Virus record (IMG/VR): IMGVR_UViG_3300017727_001923
Location: 33,406-97,405 of that record
Reading direction: 5' to 3' (one strand)
DNA length: 64,000 bases
From: a virus
Numbering within the stretch: the stretch's first letter is position 1; the number at the start of each line of letters is the position of its first letter. Positions 35,417 through 45,816 of this stretch are shown here, in pieces. Position numbers and translations under genes: made by a program. The notes beneath the pieces were generated by a model, which was given only the letters and a program-made list of their open reading frames with translations, had not been told where the DNA came from and made no database searches.

Positions 35417-36214
35417 ATGGAAAAAGTTAGGTGGAGAGGAACTTGGGGCGTAGGAGATTTTCAACACGCCCTAAACTGTTGTCATAACTATTGTTTCGAG
35501 AACAAGACGAAAGTCAATCTAGAAATGCATTGGTCTCACGATGAAGACTATTTACATCATCCAGATGACCCAGAAACAATCGTAGAACGAATGAACTGGT
35601 TACATAAGAAGTATCATCGACAAGATGACGTAACAGTTACTCATATATTTAATTCAGATTTGTTTCTTACTGGTAATGTCAATCCTGATAAAAAGAAAGA
35701 CCGTTTCTACTTTGCAGACTATGACCCTAATGGAGCGCCACCTAATGATTGGTTATTTAAGAAAGAAGAGTATATACCTAAGAAAAATAAGATAGTTATA
35801 TGGACACCCGCATACAATAGTGAACCACCAAGAAATTGGAAAAGGTTCTTGACAATTGATGATTGGTCTGATATAATAAGCTTGCTGCGTTGGGAGGGTT
35901 GGATACTAGTTGAATTGACTTATAGAACACCTATCAAAGATGCATATAAACAGATACAAGAAGCAGACTTTATTGTATCATACGATGGTATGTGGCATTA
36001 CATTGCAAGAAACTTTGGTAAACCAATGTTCATTCCATCATGGGAAGGAATAACAGATTATAATACTCCTCAGTGTATAAGAAAACCTAATAGAGACCAG
36101 ACTATGGAATTCTTCGGTGACGGTGGTGAAGGATTTGAACCTAATATGTCCCTAATGAAAGACAAAGCATATGCATATATAAATATGTTAAAACAAAAGT
36201 ACCATGAAAAGTAA
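35417..36214 (+). CDS. GT9-like glycosyltransferase
   Basis: WGVGD, RNWKR, I.EADFIVSYDGMWHYIA...KP. Confidence 0.6.
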   Translation: MEKVRWRGTWGVGDFQHALNCCHNYCFENKTKVNLEMHWSHDEDYLHHPDDPETIVERMNWLHKKYHRQDDVTVTHIFNSDLFLTGNVNPDKKKDRFYFADYDPNGAPPNDWLFKKEEYIPKKNKIVIWTPAYNSEPPRNWKRFLTIDDWSDIISLLRWEGWILVELTYRTPIKDAYKQIQEADFIVSYDGMWHYIARNFGKPMFIPSWEGITDYNTPQCIRKPNRDQTMEFFGDGGEGFEPNMSLMKDKAYAYINMLKQKYHEK

Positions 36215-36380
36215 AAAGATATTACAAGTAGTAAACCTATCACCCGATGAATCAAGAATTGAAAGATTAACGGAAATGCATCCGATGAGACAAGTTGCGT
36301 ATGCATCTGTGATACAGGTACTTGTATTTGGATTTATGTTATTATCATTCTGGATGATAAATCTAGTAGTAGGTCATTAG
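36204..36380 (+). CDS. small membrane protein (58 aa, not in ORF track)
   Basis: MKSKKILQVV...VLVFGFMLLSFWMINLVVGH*; fills the gap between two genes. Confidence 0.6.
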   Translation: MKSKKILQVVNLSPDESRIERLTEMHPMRQVAYASVIQVLVFGFMLLSFWMINLVVGH

Positions 36381-37342
36381 TGAAAATAGATAGAGCAGTA
36401 ATTGAAATTAACGGTGGGTGTAACTACTCATGTACTATGTGTCCACAGGATATGCGTACTGGTGGAAGACACAAAGACTTTCTCAAGAAGATGGGACTAG
36501 AAGAGTTTGAGAAGAATGTCGCAGATTGCGCCCAACACGGACTAAGAGTAGTCAATCTAGAAGGTAGTGGAGAACCCACACTGAATAGAAATCTACCTGA
36601 ATACATTAAGATTGTAAAGAAGTATGGAGCGAAGTGTTTCATGTTCTCTAATGGATTCCGTATGCACGGTAAGTTCATGGAAGATTGTGTTGATGCGGGA
36701 CTAGACTTCTATCGATTCTCTTTTATTGGATATAGTCCTGAGAAGTATGATGAATGGATGAACAATATTATTGGAGGAAACTTTAATCATATTGTAAAAA
36801 ACATACGTGAAATGAAAGCATATGTAGATAAGACTGGTTCAGATTGTTCTGTTGCAACCTATCATCTTATTACTGATAATGACAATTTAGACTTTGAACT
36901 GAATGCATATAAGAAGTTAGTGAATGACCTTGGGGTAAAGACTGAGATATGGAAGATGCATAACTGGTCTGGTGTCTATGACCCTAAACAGAATACACGT
37001 AGTGGTGAAGAAAAAACATGTGGTAGACCGTTTAGTCCTGACGTTGTTATACGTGCTGGCGGTTCTGGTGGGAAAAGAGGTGGTGTCGCACCTTGTTGTC
37101 AAGTATTAGGACAAGATGAGAAAGCAGTCCTTGGACATACAAGTGAGAATACTATTGAAGAGATATGGAACGGGCCAGAGTATACCAAGTTACGTGAAGA
37201 CCACACAAATAAAACATATCCTGACTATTGTAAAACATGCGACTTCCTATTAGATGACCCTGAAGTATTAGTTTATACTAATCATGAACGTGACTTGATG
37301 AAGATGCATGGAACTGAGTTTGACTTAAATGATTTCAGATAA
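36380..37342 (+). CDS. radical SAM protein with SPASM/twitch domain
   Basis: CNYSCTMC, GSGEPTL, CGRPF...PCC...IEEIWNG...CKTC. Confidence 0.9.
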   Translation: MKIDRAVIEINGGCNYSCTMCPQDMRTGGRHKDFLKKMGLEEFEKNVADCAQHGLRVVNLEGSGEPTLNRNLPEYIKIVKKYGAKCFMFSNGFRMHGKFMEDCVDAGLDFYRFSFIGYSPEKYDEWMNNIIGGNFNHIVKNIREMKAYVDKTGSDCSVATYHLITDNDNLDFELNAYKKLVNDLGVKTEIWKMHNWSGVYDPKQNTRSGEEKTCGRPFSPDVVIRAGGSGGKRGGVAPCCQVLGQDEKAVLGHTSENTIEEIWNGPEYTKLREDHTNKTYPDYCKTCDFLLDDPEVLVYTNHERDLMKMHGTEFDLNDFR

Positions 37343-37925
37343 TTTATGGATGATACAGATACCTGACCATAGGGTATCTCAACATTACGCAAATTTGTGT
37401 ATCCCAACTTGGGACTGTAATGTTAATCTATTTAATGCATATACTCCAAATCATATGCCAGACTATCTTGACTTCAATTTGATGTGGGGAGATAGACCTT
37501 TTAGTGAGAGTGAGAAAGCAGGATTCTATAGTCACCTAGAACTATGGAAAAAATGTTTTGAAGAAGACAAACCTATCGCAATCATCGAACACGATGTTGC
37601 ACAACGTAAAAAGGATATGCCAATTATAGGTGATTTCTTTGCGTTTGCAGACTTTATTGATGAGGATGACTGGAAAAATTATTCTACCCGATTCAAGGGT
37701 CACCCTTACTGGGGAACAGAAGAACCATTGTGTCCTGTAACTCATGCATACTATATGACACCCGATGTTGCGGAGTCTATGTTCTATACAATATCAGAAC
37801 AACAAATCAATAAGTTTGTGGACGATTACATGTGGGAGTTTATGGGTAAAGATAAAAGTAAAATAATGCGATACTCTAGACCTATATACACTGACTACAT
37901 TGGAGGAACAATGGTTCATGAATAG
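37329..37925 (+). CDS. GT25-like glycosyltransferase
   Basis: YSHLELWKKC, IIEHD, THAYYMTP, VDDY. Confidence 0.7.
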   Translation: MISDNLWMIQIPDHRVSQHYANLCIPTWDCNVNLFNAYTPNHMPDYLDFNLMWGDRPFSESEKAGFYSHLELWKKCFEEDKPIAIIEHDVAQRKKDMPIIGDFFAFADFIDEDDWKNYSTRFKGHPYWGTEEPLCPVTHAYYMTPDVAESMFYTISEQQINKFVDDYMWEFMGKDKSKIMRYSRPIYTDYIGGTMVHE

Positions 37926-38709
37926 ATTGATATATCAAGTATCAGTTGGTAAACCATCCAAACTATATCAACACTGTATCCGAAGTGTACATGATTACTG
38001 TGAACGACATGGTATCAAACACATTGTATTAACTCAACCTAAACTAAGAATCAAACCTGATATCTTTACCAGTGGACGTAGTGAAGAATCTTACATGAAA
38101 TATGGGGGATATCTTCCTATATTTGAAAAGGAGAACGCATTTGACTATCTCGATAGATTTGACCAAGTTGCGATTGTGGATGCCGATATATACATCCGAG
38201 ATGATGCACCCAATATATTTGATGATTTTGGTACTGACCACGCATTTGGGGCAGTAGCAGAACGTGAGATGGATATCCAACAATGGTATGGTGGTAAGAT
38301 TCAAAACTATTCCGCCATGCAGTATCGACACCTACACGGTAGTGGACAGGGCGATTTCAAACCAAACGAATTAGGTTATGAGTTCTTTAACATGGGAATG
38401 ATTCTCTTGAACTCCGAACTATTCAAACCATACCTTAAAGGACAAGACCCACACACCTTTTTGAATCGTATGGAATTTAAAGACTTTGTAGATGGTCTTG
38501 GTGCATACAAGTGGAGTACTGACCAGACCTTACTAAACTATTTCCTGAAGAAGTATAAGATACCTACCAAACATATGGATGGTAAGTGGAATGGACTATT
38601 TGGTGCAATCAATAATATAGAAGATTGTAACTTTGTACATTTCTTTCTAAAGGATAAACTCCCCGATGGTGGAGAAAATGTTGACCAGTTAATGAATCAA
38701 ATCGTATAA
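37918..38709 (+). CDS. GT8-like glycosyltransferase
   Basis: IVDADIY, FFNMGMIL, TDQTLLNY, WN, FVHF. Confidence 0.8.
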   Translation: MNRLIYQVSVGKPSKLYQHCIRSVHDYCERHGIKHIVLTQPKLRIKPDIFTSGRSEESYMKYGGYLPIFEKENAFDYLDRFDQVAIVDADIYIRDDAPNIFDDFGTDHAFGAVAEREMDIQQWYGGKIQNYSAMQYRHLHGSGQGDFKPNELGYEFFNMGMILLNSELFKPYLKGQDPHTFLNRMEFKDFVDGLGAYKWSTDQTLLNYFLKKYKIPTKHMDGKWNGLFGAINNIEDCNFVHFFLKDKLPDGGENVDQLMNQIV

Positions 38710-38712
38710 ATA
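38705..38712 (+). promoter_or_regulatory. T4-type late promoter
   Basis: TATAAATA upstream of 38765. Confidence 0.75.
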
Positions 38713-38764
38713 CTATAGACAATACCGTCAAAACTTATATTAATAGAGTGATAGGAGAAACAAT

Positions 38765-39463
38765 ATGTTAACCCCACAAGAATTTGTGAAGAAAATTCGC
38801 AACGAAAACCAACCACTATTTGAAGCATCCAAGATGAATACTAAGGCGTATTTTGAAGGTGACCTTCCTGAAGAGGAAATGGTTAATCATTTCATTGGTC
38901 GTATGGTCAATGAACGTATGAACATGTCTGAGATTTGTGATGCAATCGCAAGGTCACCCGATGACGCAGACCCTAGAGAGTTAGAACTTCTAACTAAACA
39001 AGCAGCAGATGAAGCAAAACATTACCGTATGGTTCGAGAAGTAATTGAACACATCAAAGGTGAAGAGATTGATGTAGTCCATGCACTTGAATCAGAAAGA
39101 AAGGCAAACACCGCAAAAGGTGCTGCACTTCTAGAAAAATATGATGCACAAGAAGATGAGGCAGTCCTTGCCGCATACCAACTTGTTGCAGAAGGACGTG
39201 CGGAAGCAGTCTGGAATCAGATGGCAGACACTATCGAAGATGACTTTATCTCTTCTCGTTATCGTGAGATTGCGAAAGACGAAGGTTTCCACAGTGCAAT
39301 CGGTGGATACTCGTTACGTAAACTTGCTACAGACGAAAAGACTCAAAGTCGTGTCCAACGTGTTGTTGACGCAATGCGTAAAGACCTATTTGAAATCTCT
39401 TGTAGAAACCAAGTTGAAGCACAAGGTTCGAGAGAACTTGTGAATGCAGCTTACGGTTGGTAG
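38765..39463 (+). CDS. ferritin-like di-iron protein
   Basis: Paired ExxH motifs (DEAKH, DEGFH) with intervening Glu (NER, AEG). Confidence 0.75.
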   Translation: MLTPQEFVKKIRNENQPLFEASKMNTKAYFEGDLPEEEMVNHFIGRMVNERMNMSEICDAIARSPDDADPRELELLTKQAADEAKHYRMVREVIEHIKGEEIDVVHALESERKANTAKGAALLEKYDAQEDEAVLAAYQLVAEGRAEAVWNQMADTIEDDFISSRYREIAKDEGFHSAIGGYSLRKLATDEKTQSRVQRVVDAMRKDLFEISCRNQVEAQGSRELVNAAYGW

Positions 39464-40015
39464 ATGAAAATAGGACTCACGCAAAGAGTCCTCACGCACA
39501 ATAAACAAGTACATGATTCCTTAGACCGTTGTTGGTATACATTTCTAAGGGGTCATGAACTTGTTCCTATCCCAAATCGTGAAGACTTGGATTACGAATC
39601 CCTTGCAGAATCTCTAGACCTTCTCATAATTACAGGAGGAGGAAACGAGCGTCTTCGAATTACCACAGAAGTAAACATGGCAACAGAGATGTCAACTCTG
39701 AGATTACCCATACTTGGTATATGTCATGGTGCATTTTTACTCACAGAGATTCTTGGTGGTAAAACAAGAACAGGTAAAGAGAATCACTATGATGTAGAAC
39801 ATATTGTACACAGTAAGTATGAACCTCATTTAGTTAATAGTTTTCACAATATTGCTATTGACAAATGCCCCCCAAATAGTGTACAATTATGTACAGATGC
39901 AGAAGGTGATTGTGAATCTTGGATAAAGGATAACATCTGTGCAATCGTGTGGCATCCTGAACGGATGATAATACCCTATATACCTACAGAGATTATGAAG
40001 GCAACAGGACTATGA
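39464..40015 (+). CDS. class I glutamine amidotransferase / peptidase C26 (gamma-glutamyl hydrolase-like)
   Basis: IGLTQR, TGGG, PILGICHG (catalytic Cys), NSFH, WHPE (His/Glu). Confidence 0.85.
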   Translation: MKIGLTQRVLTHNKQVHDSLDRCWYTFLRGHELVPIPNREDLDYESLAESLDLLIITGGGNERLRITTEVNMATEMSTLRLPILGICHGAFLLTEILGGKTRTGKENHYDVEHIVHSKYEPHLVNSFHNIAIDKCPPNSVQLCTDAEGDCESWIKDNICAIVWHPERMIIPYIPTEIMKATGL

Positions 40016-40695
40016 TTAAAATTATAAAAGAAGGTCAGACCCACCAAGTTCGTGATATATGGAGTTATGATATCACGTTTATTAAAGGTAGGTACACAAG
40101 TGACGATGGTTTTTCGGAATTCGTAGGAATGACTCACGGAACGAGTTACTTGATGGGTAAGAACGCTAGTATCAGTATAACTGATGGATTGTCAGTCAAT
40201 GGTAAAGATTTTGCGGGACAAACAAGTAATAAGTTTACCGTATATGATGACTCCACATTTGCCCATATAAAATTCTATGGTCTGTCCATGAATGATGAAC
40301 GTATGTTTATACCTCATGGGAATTCAAAAGGTAATCTATCGTACATGGATGGTGGTACAAATACTACCGCAGTAAATCCAGGCAGACTAGGATTACCTGT
40401 TATCAACTATGTCCATTTCCCCGCAGGGATGAAACAAACCCTACACACCCATCCAAGTCAACGTATTGCTCTTATCCTTTCTGGTAAAGGTGAGATTGAA
40501 CTTGACGATGGTGTAATGTTTCCTATCAAAGAAGGTGACTGTTGGGTGATGGAAAGAAATGTATTACACAACTTTATGTGTAATCAAGGTGAAGATGTCA
40601 CCCTATTCGTGTTCAGTCCTGACTCTGGTACAGGGCCGACAGATGAAATTAATCCATTGAAGGTGAGAACTTATGTCGGACAAACAAGAGTCTAA
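40012..40695 (+). CDS. cupin-domain protein
   Basis: QTLHTHPSQR.ALILSGKG...RNVLHNF. Confidence 0.75.
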   Translation: MIKIIKEGQTHQVRDIWSYDITFIKGRYTSDDGFSEFVGMTHGTSYLMGKNASISITDGLSVNGKDFAGQTSNKFTVYDDSTFAHIKFYGLSMNDERMFIPHGNSKGNLSYMDGGTNTTAVNPGRLGLPVINYVHFPAGMKQTLHTHPSQRIALILSGKGEIELDDGVMFPIKEGDCWVMERNVLHNFMCNQGEDVTLFVFSPDSGTGPTDEINPLKVRTYVGQTRV

Positions 40696-41311
40696 GAAAC
40701 TAATCATAATTACAGGGCCGCAAGGTTCTGGAAATCATCTATTCAGTAAAGTTTTTGGTTTCCATCCCGCAGTAGAGGGTTGGAACTTTGGAGATAAGTA
40801 CTGGATACCATCTGACGAAGAACCCTTCGCAGAGTGTTGGGTTGACCCATCTAGAACAAAGAGTATGTTGACTCAACAATACATGGTTGCGAATGTCAGT
40901 GTACCGTTTGTCTTTGATGGTGTCAAACAAGTCCCTCAAATACAAGAAGTTGTTTATGAAGCAGAAGAAGCGGGATATGAAGTAAGCGTCTGTATTGTGG
41001 TACGAGATGAGAACATTAATAGAATGCAACAATTTAGAGTCCGTAAGGAAATAACTTTACAGACTGCACTACAATACTATTATAATCTAGATGCAGAGAC
41101 AGAGTTTCTCTCCGTTGAATCTCTATATCTATACAAAGCAAAATACTTGAAGTGGTTATCTAAGGTTCTTGACTTTCCTATTGCATGGTTTGATGAACGA
41201 ATAGAAGATACTCTAAAAGACAATCAGAACGAGAAGTACGTGAAACGTGTAAAGAAACACTGGTTAGATGAACAGGTATGGAACGGAATAAAACCAAAAA
41301 ATGAAAGATAA
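40673..41311 (+). CDS. P-loop/sulfotransferase-like protein
   Basis: IITGPQGSGNHLF; IVVRD. Confidence 0.55.
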   Translation: MSDKQESKKLIIITGPQGSGNHLFSKVFGFHPAVEGWNFGDKYWIPSDEEPFAECWVDPSRTKSMLTQQYMVANVSVPFVFDGVKQVPQIQEVVYEAEEAGYEVSVCIVVRDENINRMQQFRVRKEITLQTALQYYYNLDAETEFLSVESLYLYKAKYLKWLSKVLDFPIAWFDERIEDTLKDNQNEKYVKRVKKHWLDEQVWNGIKPKNER

Positions 41312-41879
41312 TTATTTATTAATGACAGGAGCGCCAGGCAGTAGATGGTCTGGAGTTGCAAATAACATTCACTCATCTAGTAGTTTTGACCAGACTGATA
41401 ACACAGAAGAGAGGTCATTCTCTCATCATAATGGATTAGTACATGGGGGTGCATACTTTGACCCTATGATGGAATTTGGATTACATAGAGGTGAATGGGA
41501 CAAACCTTTTTCTGGTAAAGGTATTAGACTAATAAAGTCACATACCTTATCTACATGTTTACATTACTTTGATAAGTTTCCTATTGTTATGGTAATAAGA
41601 AATGATTATGAGTGTTGGACGTGGTGGAACGAGTGTGGTGGTTTTGATATTCCATATCCTAGTTATGAATGGTACAAGAATCAAGATAACATGTTCACAC
41701 AGATACAATTACAAAATACTGCTATAATGTCATTCATATATAATAAGAAGGACAAAGTAATTAAATGTAAAGATAACTTTGAAGTACTTGATACTCTAGG
41801 ATTAAATGCACACCCTAAAGATGTGCAGAGAGATGAATATAATAAAAAGGATGTGAGTGTATATGTCTACCAACCTTAA
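41301..41879 (+). CDS. P-loop/sulfotransferase-like protein
   Basis: MTGAPGSRWS; LIKSH; MVIRN. Confidence 0.55.
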   Translation: MKDNYLLMTGAPGSRWSGVANNIHSSSSFDQTDNTEERSFSHHNGLVHGGAYFDPMMEFGLHRGEWDKPFSGKGIRLIKSHTLSTCLHYFDKFPIVMVIRNDYECWTWWNECGGFDIPYPSYEWYKNQDNMFTQIQLQNTAIMSFIYNKKDKVIKCKDNFEVLDTLGLNAHPKDVQRDEYNKKDVSVYVYQP

Positions 41880-42408
41880 TCCACATATGGATTTTTTAAA
41901 AGATTATTTCACTTACGATTGGCCAAGTTCACGCACTGCGGGACTTGATAGGTATTACTGGACGGGATTTAGATTAATTGAAGAAATCAAAGAAGAAGAA
42001 TCAGTTCTGGATGTTGGTTGTGGTCTCAATCCTCTTAAGCGTCACATTACCAATCTTCATGGAATCGATATTACAAACATAGGTTCTGACGAACAGGTTG
42101 CAATAGAAGACTACCACACAGATAAGAAGTTTGATGTTGCATTTGCATTGGGTAGTATTAATTTTGGTGATTGGGAACTAATTCAACAACAGACTAAGTC
42201 AATGTGTAATGCATTGAAACAGAAGTCTCGTATCTATTGGAGATGTAATCCCGCACACCGTGACCATGGTAATGATAAGGTACAGGATGTACCTTTTTGG
42301 CACTGGTCACTAGATGACCACCTCTTGTTATCAAAACAAAACGGATTCCAAATAACAGAATTTATGCAAGACTTGAATCGTTATTATGTCAAGTGGGAAA
42401 GAGAATGA
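41863..42408 (+). CDS. class I SAM-dependent methyltransferase
   Basis: VLDVGCG, GIDI, FDVA.ALGS. Confidence 0.8.
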   Translation: MSTNLNPHMDFLKDYFTYDWPSSRTAGLDRYYWTGFRLIEEIKEEESVLDVGCGLNPLKRHITNLHGIDITNIGSDEQVAIEDYHTDKKFDVAFALGSINFGDWELIQQQTKSMCNALKQKSRIYWRCNPAHRDHGNDKVQDVPFWHWSLDDHLLLSKQNGFQITEFMQDLNRYYVKWERE

Positions 42409-43115
42409 AGATGTTTGTACACATCCCTAAAAATGGTGGGATGACAATAAGAAAGAATCATAAGATTCGTCAACAAGTGTTATTAGCAACACCTGACAAT
42501 CATAAGAACAGAGCATATACTCAAGGTCTTGAGGAAAAGATGTCACAAACAAAAGACCACCAAGGATATGAACATGCACGTTGGAGAGACTGGAAACAAG
42601 ATTTAAAAGACACACATAAAGCAGTTGCAATCGTTCGTAATCCGTGGGACAGAGTATGTTCTCGTTATATGTTCGCAAAGAAGGTAATGGAATACGAAGG
42701 AACTCAACCAGAAAAATATGCAGACACTTCATCATTTGAGGCATTCCTAGAGGAACGTCACATATGGGGTGGACAAGAATACTTATGGCATCGTGCGATA
42801 CGTGGATGGTATCCCGCATATGACCATGTATCAGATGAAGAGGGGAAAAACCGTTGTGACATCCTACGGTTTGAAAACTATAACGAAGATGTCAAACTAT
42901 ATTTTGGATTGTTAGAGAATCCAGAAGCAAGAAATATTACTCGTGTACCTAATGACAAAGGTAAGACAGGATACGGTACTTCTTATAGGGATATATACAC
43001 TAAAGATACTATTCAGATAATTGCTGACTGGTATAAGAAAGACATTGACTATTGGGGATTCGATTTCGATAGTGGTGCAACGAGGAATTATTGGAATGTT
43101 AAAACAACTATTTGA
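42405..43115 (+). CDS. sulfotransferase family 2 protein
   Basis: FVHIPKNGG (5'-PSB), IVRNPWDR.CS.Y (3'-PB), LRFEN, WYKKD. Confidence 0.85.
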   Translation: MKMFVHIPKNGGMTIRKNHKIRQQVLLATPDNHKNRAYTQGLEEKMSQTKDHQGYEHARWRDWKQDLKDTHKAVAIVRNPWDRVCSRYMFAKKVMEYEGTQPEKYADTSSFEAFLEERHIWGGQEYLWHRAIRGWYPAYDHVSDEEGKNRCDILRFENYNEDVKLYFGLLENPEARNITRVPNDKGKTGYGTSYRDIYTKDTIQIIADWYKKDIDYWGFDFDSGATRNYWNVKTTI

Positions 43116-43713
43116 CAAATACGATTGTGATAAGGGTACAGAGAAACACCATTATTATAAAGAATACGAACCCTACATGGAGTCTGTAAGAGAAGACCCC
43201 ATCAATCTATTGGAGATTGGAACATTTAAAGCAGCGTCTACTCGTGCATTTCATGAATATTTTCCTAATGGAACAATCTATACGATTGATATATTTGCAA
43301 GGACAAACCCAAAAGACCTAGACATCCTACACAAAGATAGAGTTGAATGGTTAAAGTGGGATTCTACTGACGCAGCACTTGGAAAGAAAATACGAGAAAC
43401 TTGGGGTGATGTAAAGTTTGATTTTATTATTGACGATGGCGCTCATTGGCCAGAAGCAAATAGATTAACTTTTGAGAACTGTGTTTCTTTTATGAAAGAA
43501 GATGGAACATACTTTGTCGAAGATGTCTGGCCTATGGATAAAATGAGTCGTAGTGAATTAGACAACCCATGGTTATTAAGACAGTCTGAAAGATATGATA
43601 TGTTAAAACACATTAGGTTTATGAATCATTTAGATAGTTATAACACAACTCACTATGACCGCAGAAAAGAAACTAAATGCGGTGATACATATATAATTGC
43701 AATAAAAAACTAG
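43096..43713 (+). CDS. class I SAM-dependent methyltransferase (sugar O-methyltransferase-like)
   Basis: CDKG..HHY, LLEIG, TIDI, DFIIDDGAH, YFVED. Confidence 0.8.
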   Translation: MLKQLFDKYDCDKGTEKHHYYKEYEPYMESVREDPINLLEIGTFKAASTRAFHEYFPNGTIYTIDIFARTNPKDLDILHKDRVEWLKWDSTDAALGKKIRETWGDVKFDFIIDDGAHWPEANRLTFENCVSFMKEDGTYFVEDVWPMDKMSRSELDNPWLLRQSERYDMLKHIRFMNHLDSYNTTHYDRRKETKCGDTYIIAIKN

Positions 43714-43725
43714 GATAGCAAGTGC

Positions 43726-45063
43726 ATGATAAAATTAGTTTTATTTGATTTAGACGGTGTTCTTGTAGACACCAAACAAATGCATTTTGATGCATTGAAT
43801 CAAGCATTGGAAAAGAATGATTACCTTCCAATAACTCTAAATGAACATCTTTTAAGATTCGATGGATTGACAACTGACCAGAAGTTGGATATTTTAGAAA
43901 TCCCTGATAAAGATAAAAGAAAAATTCATACTCGTAAACAGGCATATACGTATATGACTCTGAATACGATTAAACCAAACCATGATATTATAGAGTTATT
44001 CGAACAACTTAGAGGTGAAGGATATAAGATTGGTGTATGTTCCAATGCAATTGAAAAGACCGTAGAGAATTGTTTAGAACAACTCATGTTAACTCCATGG
44101 TGTGACATTGTATTAAGTAGTTGGGATGTTGAAAACAACAAACCTCATCCAGAAATTTATTGGAAAGCAATGTCCAAGATGGGAGTCTATCCTGATGAAA
44201 CCGTGATAGTAGAAGATTCTCCGACAGGATTAACTTCTGCATATGGTTCTGGTGCAAATGTAATAAGAGTTGGTTCTCCCGCAGACACCAACGTTAAGTT
44301 ACTTGATAGAATAAAAGAACCCCAAAATACAATACCTAAATGGGAAGATAAAGAACTCAATGTTCTTATTCCTATGGCGGGTGCGGGTAGTCGTTTTCAG
44401 AAGGCAGGATATACTTTTCCAAAACCATTGATTGATGTTAATGGTAAACCTATGATTCAACATGTAGTTGAAAATCTAGGTCTTGATGCAAACTATATCT
44501 TTATTGTACAGAAGGAACACAGAGAAAAGTATAACTTAGATTCTATGTTAAATCTAATTGCACCTGACTGTACTATTGTAGAAGTAGATGGTATCACTGA
44601 AGGTGCTGCATGTACAACACTACTTGCAAAACAGTATATTGATAATGACCAACAATTGTTTATTGCAAACTCAGACCAGTACGTAGAATGGAACTCTCTA
44701 GATTTCATGTATAAAATGCAATCAACCTCAGTAGATGGTGGTATTGTTACTTTCAAATCAACACACCCTAAGTGGAGTTATGCAAAGACAGATAATTCTG
44801 GAAGAGTTTATAGAGTTGCAGAGAAAAATCCAATCAGTGATAACGCAACCGTAGGATTTTATTACTGGAAAAAGGGTAGTGATTATTGCGAATACGCAGA
44901 GAAAATGATTGAAGATGATATTAGAGTTAACAACGAATTCTATGTTTGTCCTGTATTTAATGAAGCAATTAAAGATGGAAAACATATTGCAACATTCACC
45001 GCATCACAAATGTGGGGTCTGGGAACACCAGAAGACCTAGAAAGATATCTATTGAGTTGGTAA
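43726..45063 (+). CDS. fused HAD phosphatase + sugar-phosphate nucleotidyltransferase
   Basis: FDLDGVLVD, KPHP, VED; IPMAGAGSRF..PKPLIDV, ANSDQ, EK, GLGTPEDL. Confidence 0.9.
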   Translation: MIKLVLFDLDGVLVDTKQMHFDALNQALEKNDYLPITLNEHLLRFDGLTTDQKLDILEIPDKDKRKIHTRKQAYTYMTLNTIKPNHDIIELFEQLRGEGYKIGVCSNAIEKTVENCLEQLMLTPWCDIVLSSWDVENNKPHPEIYWKAMSKMGVYPDETVIVEDSPTGLTSAYGSGANVIRVGSPADTNVKLLDRIKEPQNTIPKWEDKELNVLIPMAGAGSRFQKAGYTFPKPLIDVNGKPMIQHVVENLGLDANYIFIVQKEHREKYNLDSMLNLIAPDCTIVEVDGITEGAACTTLLAKQYIDNDQQLFIANSDQYVEWNSLDFMYKMQSTSVDGGIVTFKSTHPKWSYAKTDNSGRVYRVAEKNPISDNATVGFYYWKKGSDYCEYAEKMIEDDIRVNNEFYVCPVFNEAIKDGKHIATFTASQMWGLGTPEDLERYLLSW

Positions 45064-45816
45064 ATGAAGACTGCATTATGTTTGTCTGGTAGATGGAATG
45101 AATACTGTCACCAGAAATGGATGGATAGAACACAAGAGATAATTCCTCACGACAAGATGTTCACGGGTACATGGAAGGGTCAAGACTATGATGCTGACTA
45201 CTACTTTGATGACCCTGAGAATCTGTACCATCCAGTATTCGACACCGAACCCTATCCCGATGACGCAAGTACACTAAGGAGAGATATCTTTCCTCATTAC
45301 TTGGAGAGACATAAAGAAGACCCTACCTATCACAACAGTCAGTTAAGACACGCATACGCAAGTGCTAACTGGCACAAACAACTTCTCATACACAATGAGA
45401 TGATGAAGTCGATACCTAAAGAATATGATATGATTATTCGAACAAGGTTTGACGTAATCGTGTCTGACCAACTCCCTTGGAAAGATATGATTAAGGATTC
45501 ATATGACAGGTTAATTCCGAAGGGATTCAACTGTATGAATTACTATGGTACACATGACTTCAATAAGATTAAAGGTATGGGAAAAGAGACTACCTACTAC
45601 ATCAATGATGCATTGATAATCCATCCCAGAGAATGTTGGGATACCGATTTAGTGGACTCACTATATAAAGATAAGAAGTTAAAAAGTGCAGAAGAGGGAT
45701 GGTATCAAATACTATCTGAACCGTTTGGATTTTATCATGAAAGTTATCATGGTGGATGTTACCTATCAGAGAGATGGGAGTATGTAAGAGATGTTGATGA
45801 AAGCCTTCATAATTAG
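45064..45816 (+). CDS. glycosyltransferase-like protein
   Basis: KTALCLSG, YDMIIRTRFD, IND. Confidence 0.55.
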   Translation: MKTALCLSGRWNEYCHQKWMDRTQEIIPHDKMFTGTWKGQDYDADYYFDDPENLYHPVFDTEPYPDDASTLRRDIFPHYLERHKEDPTYHNSQLRHAYASANWHKQLLIHNEMMKSIPKEYDMIIRTRFDVIVSDQLPWKDMIKDSYDRLIPKGFNCMNYYGTHDFNKIKGMGKETTYYINDALIIHPRECWDTDLVDSLYKDKKLKSAEEGWYQILSEPFGFYHESYHGGCYLSERWEYVRDVDESLHN

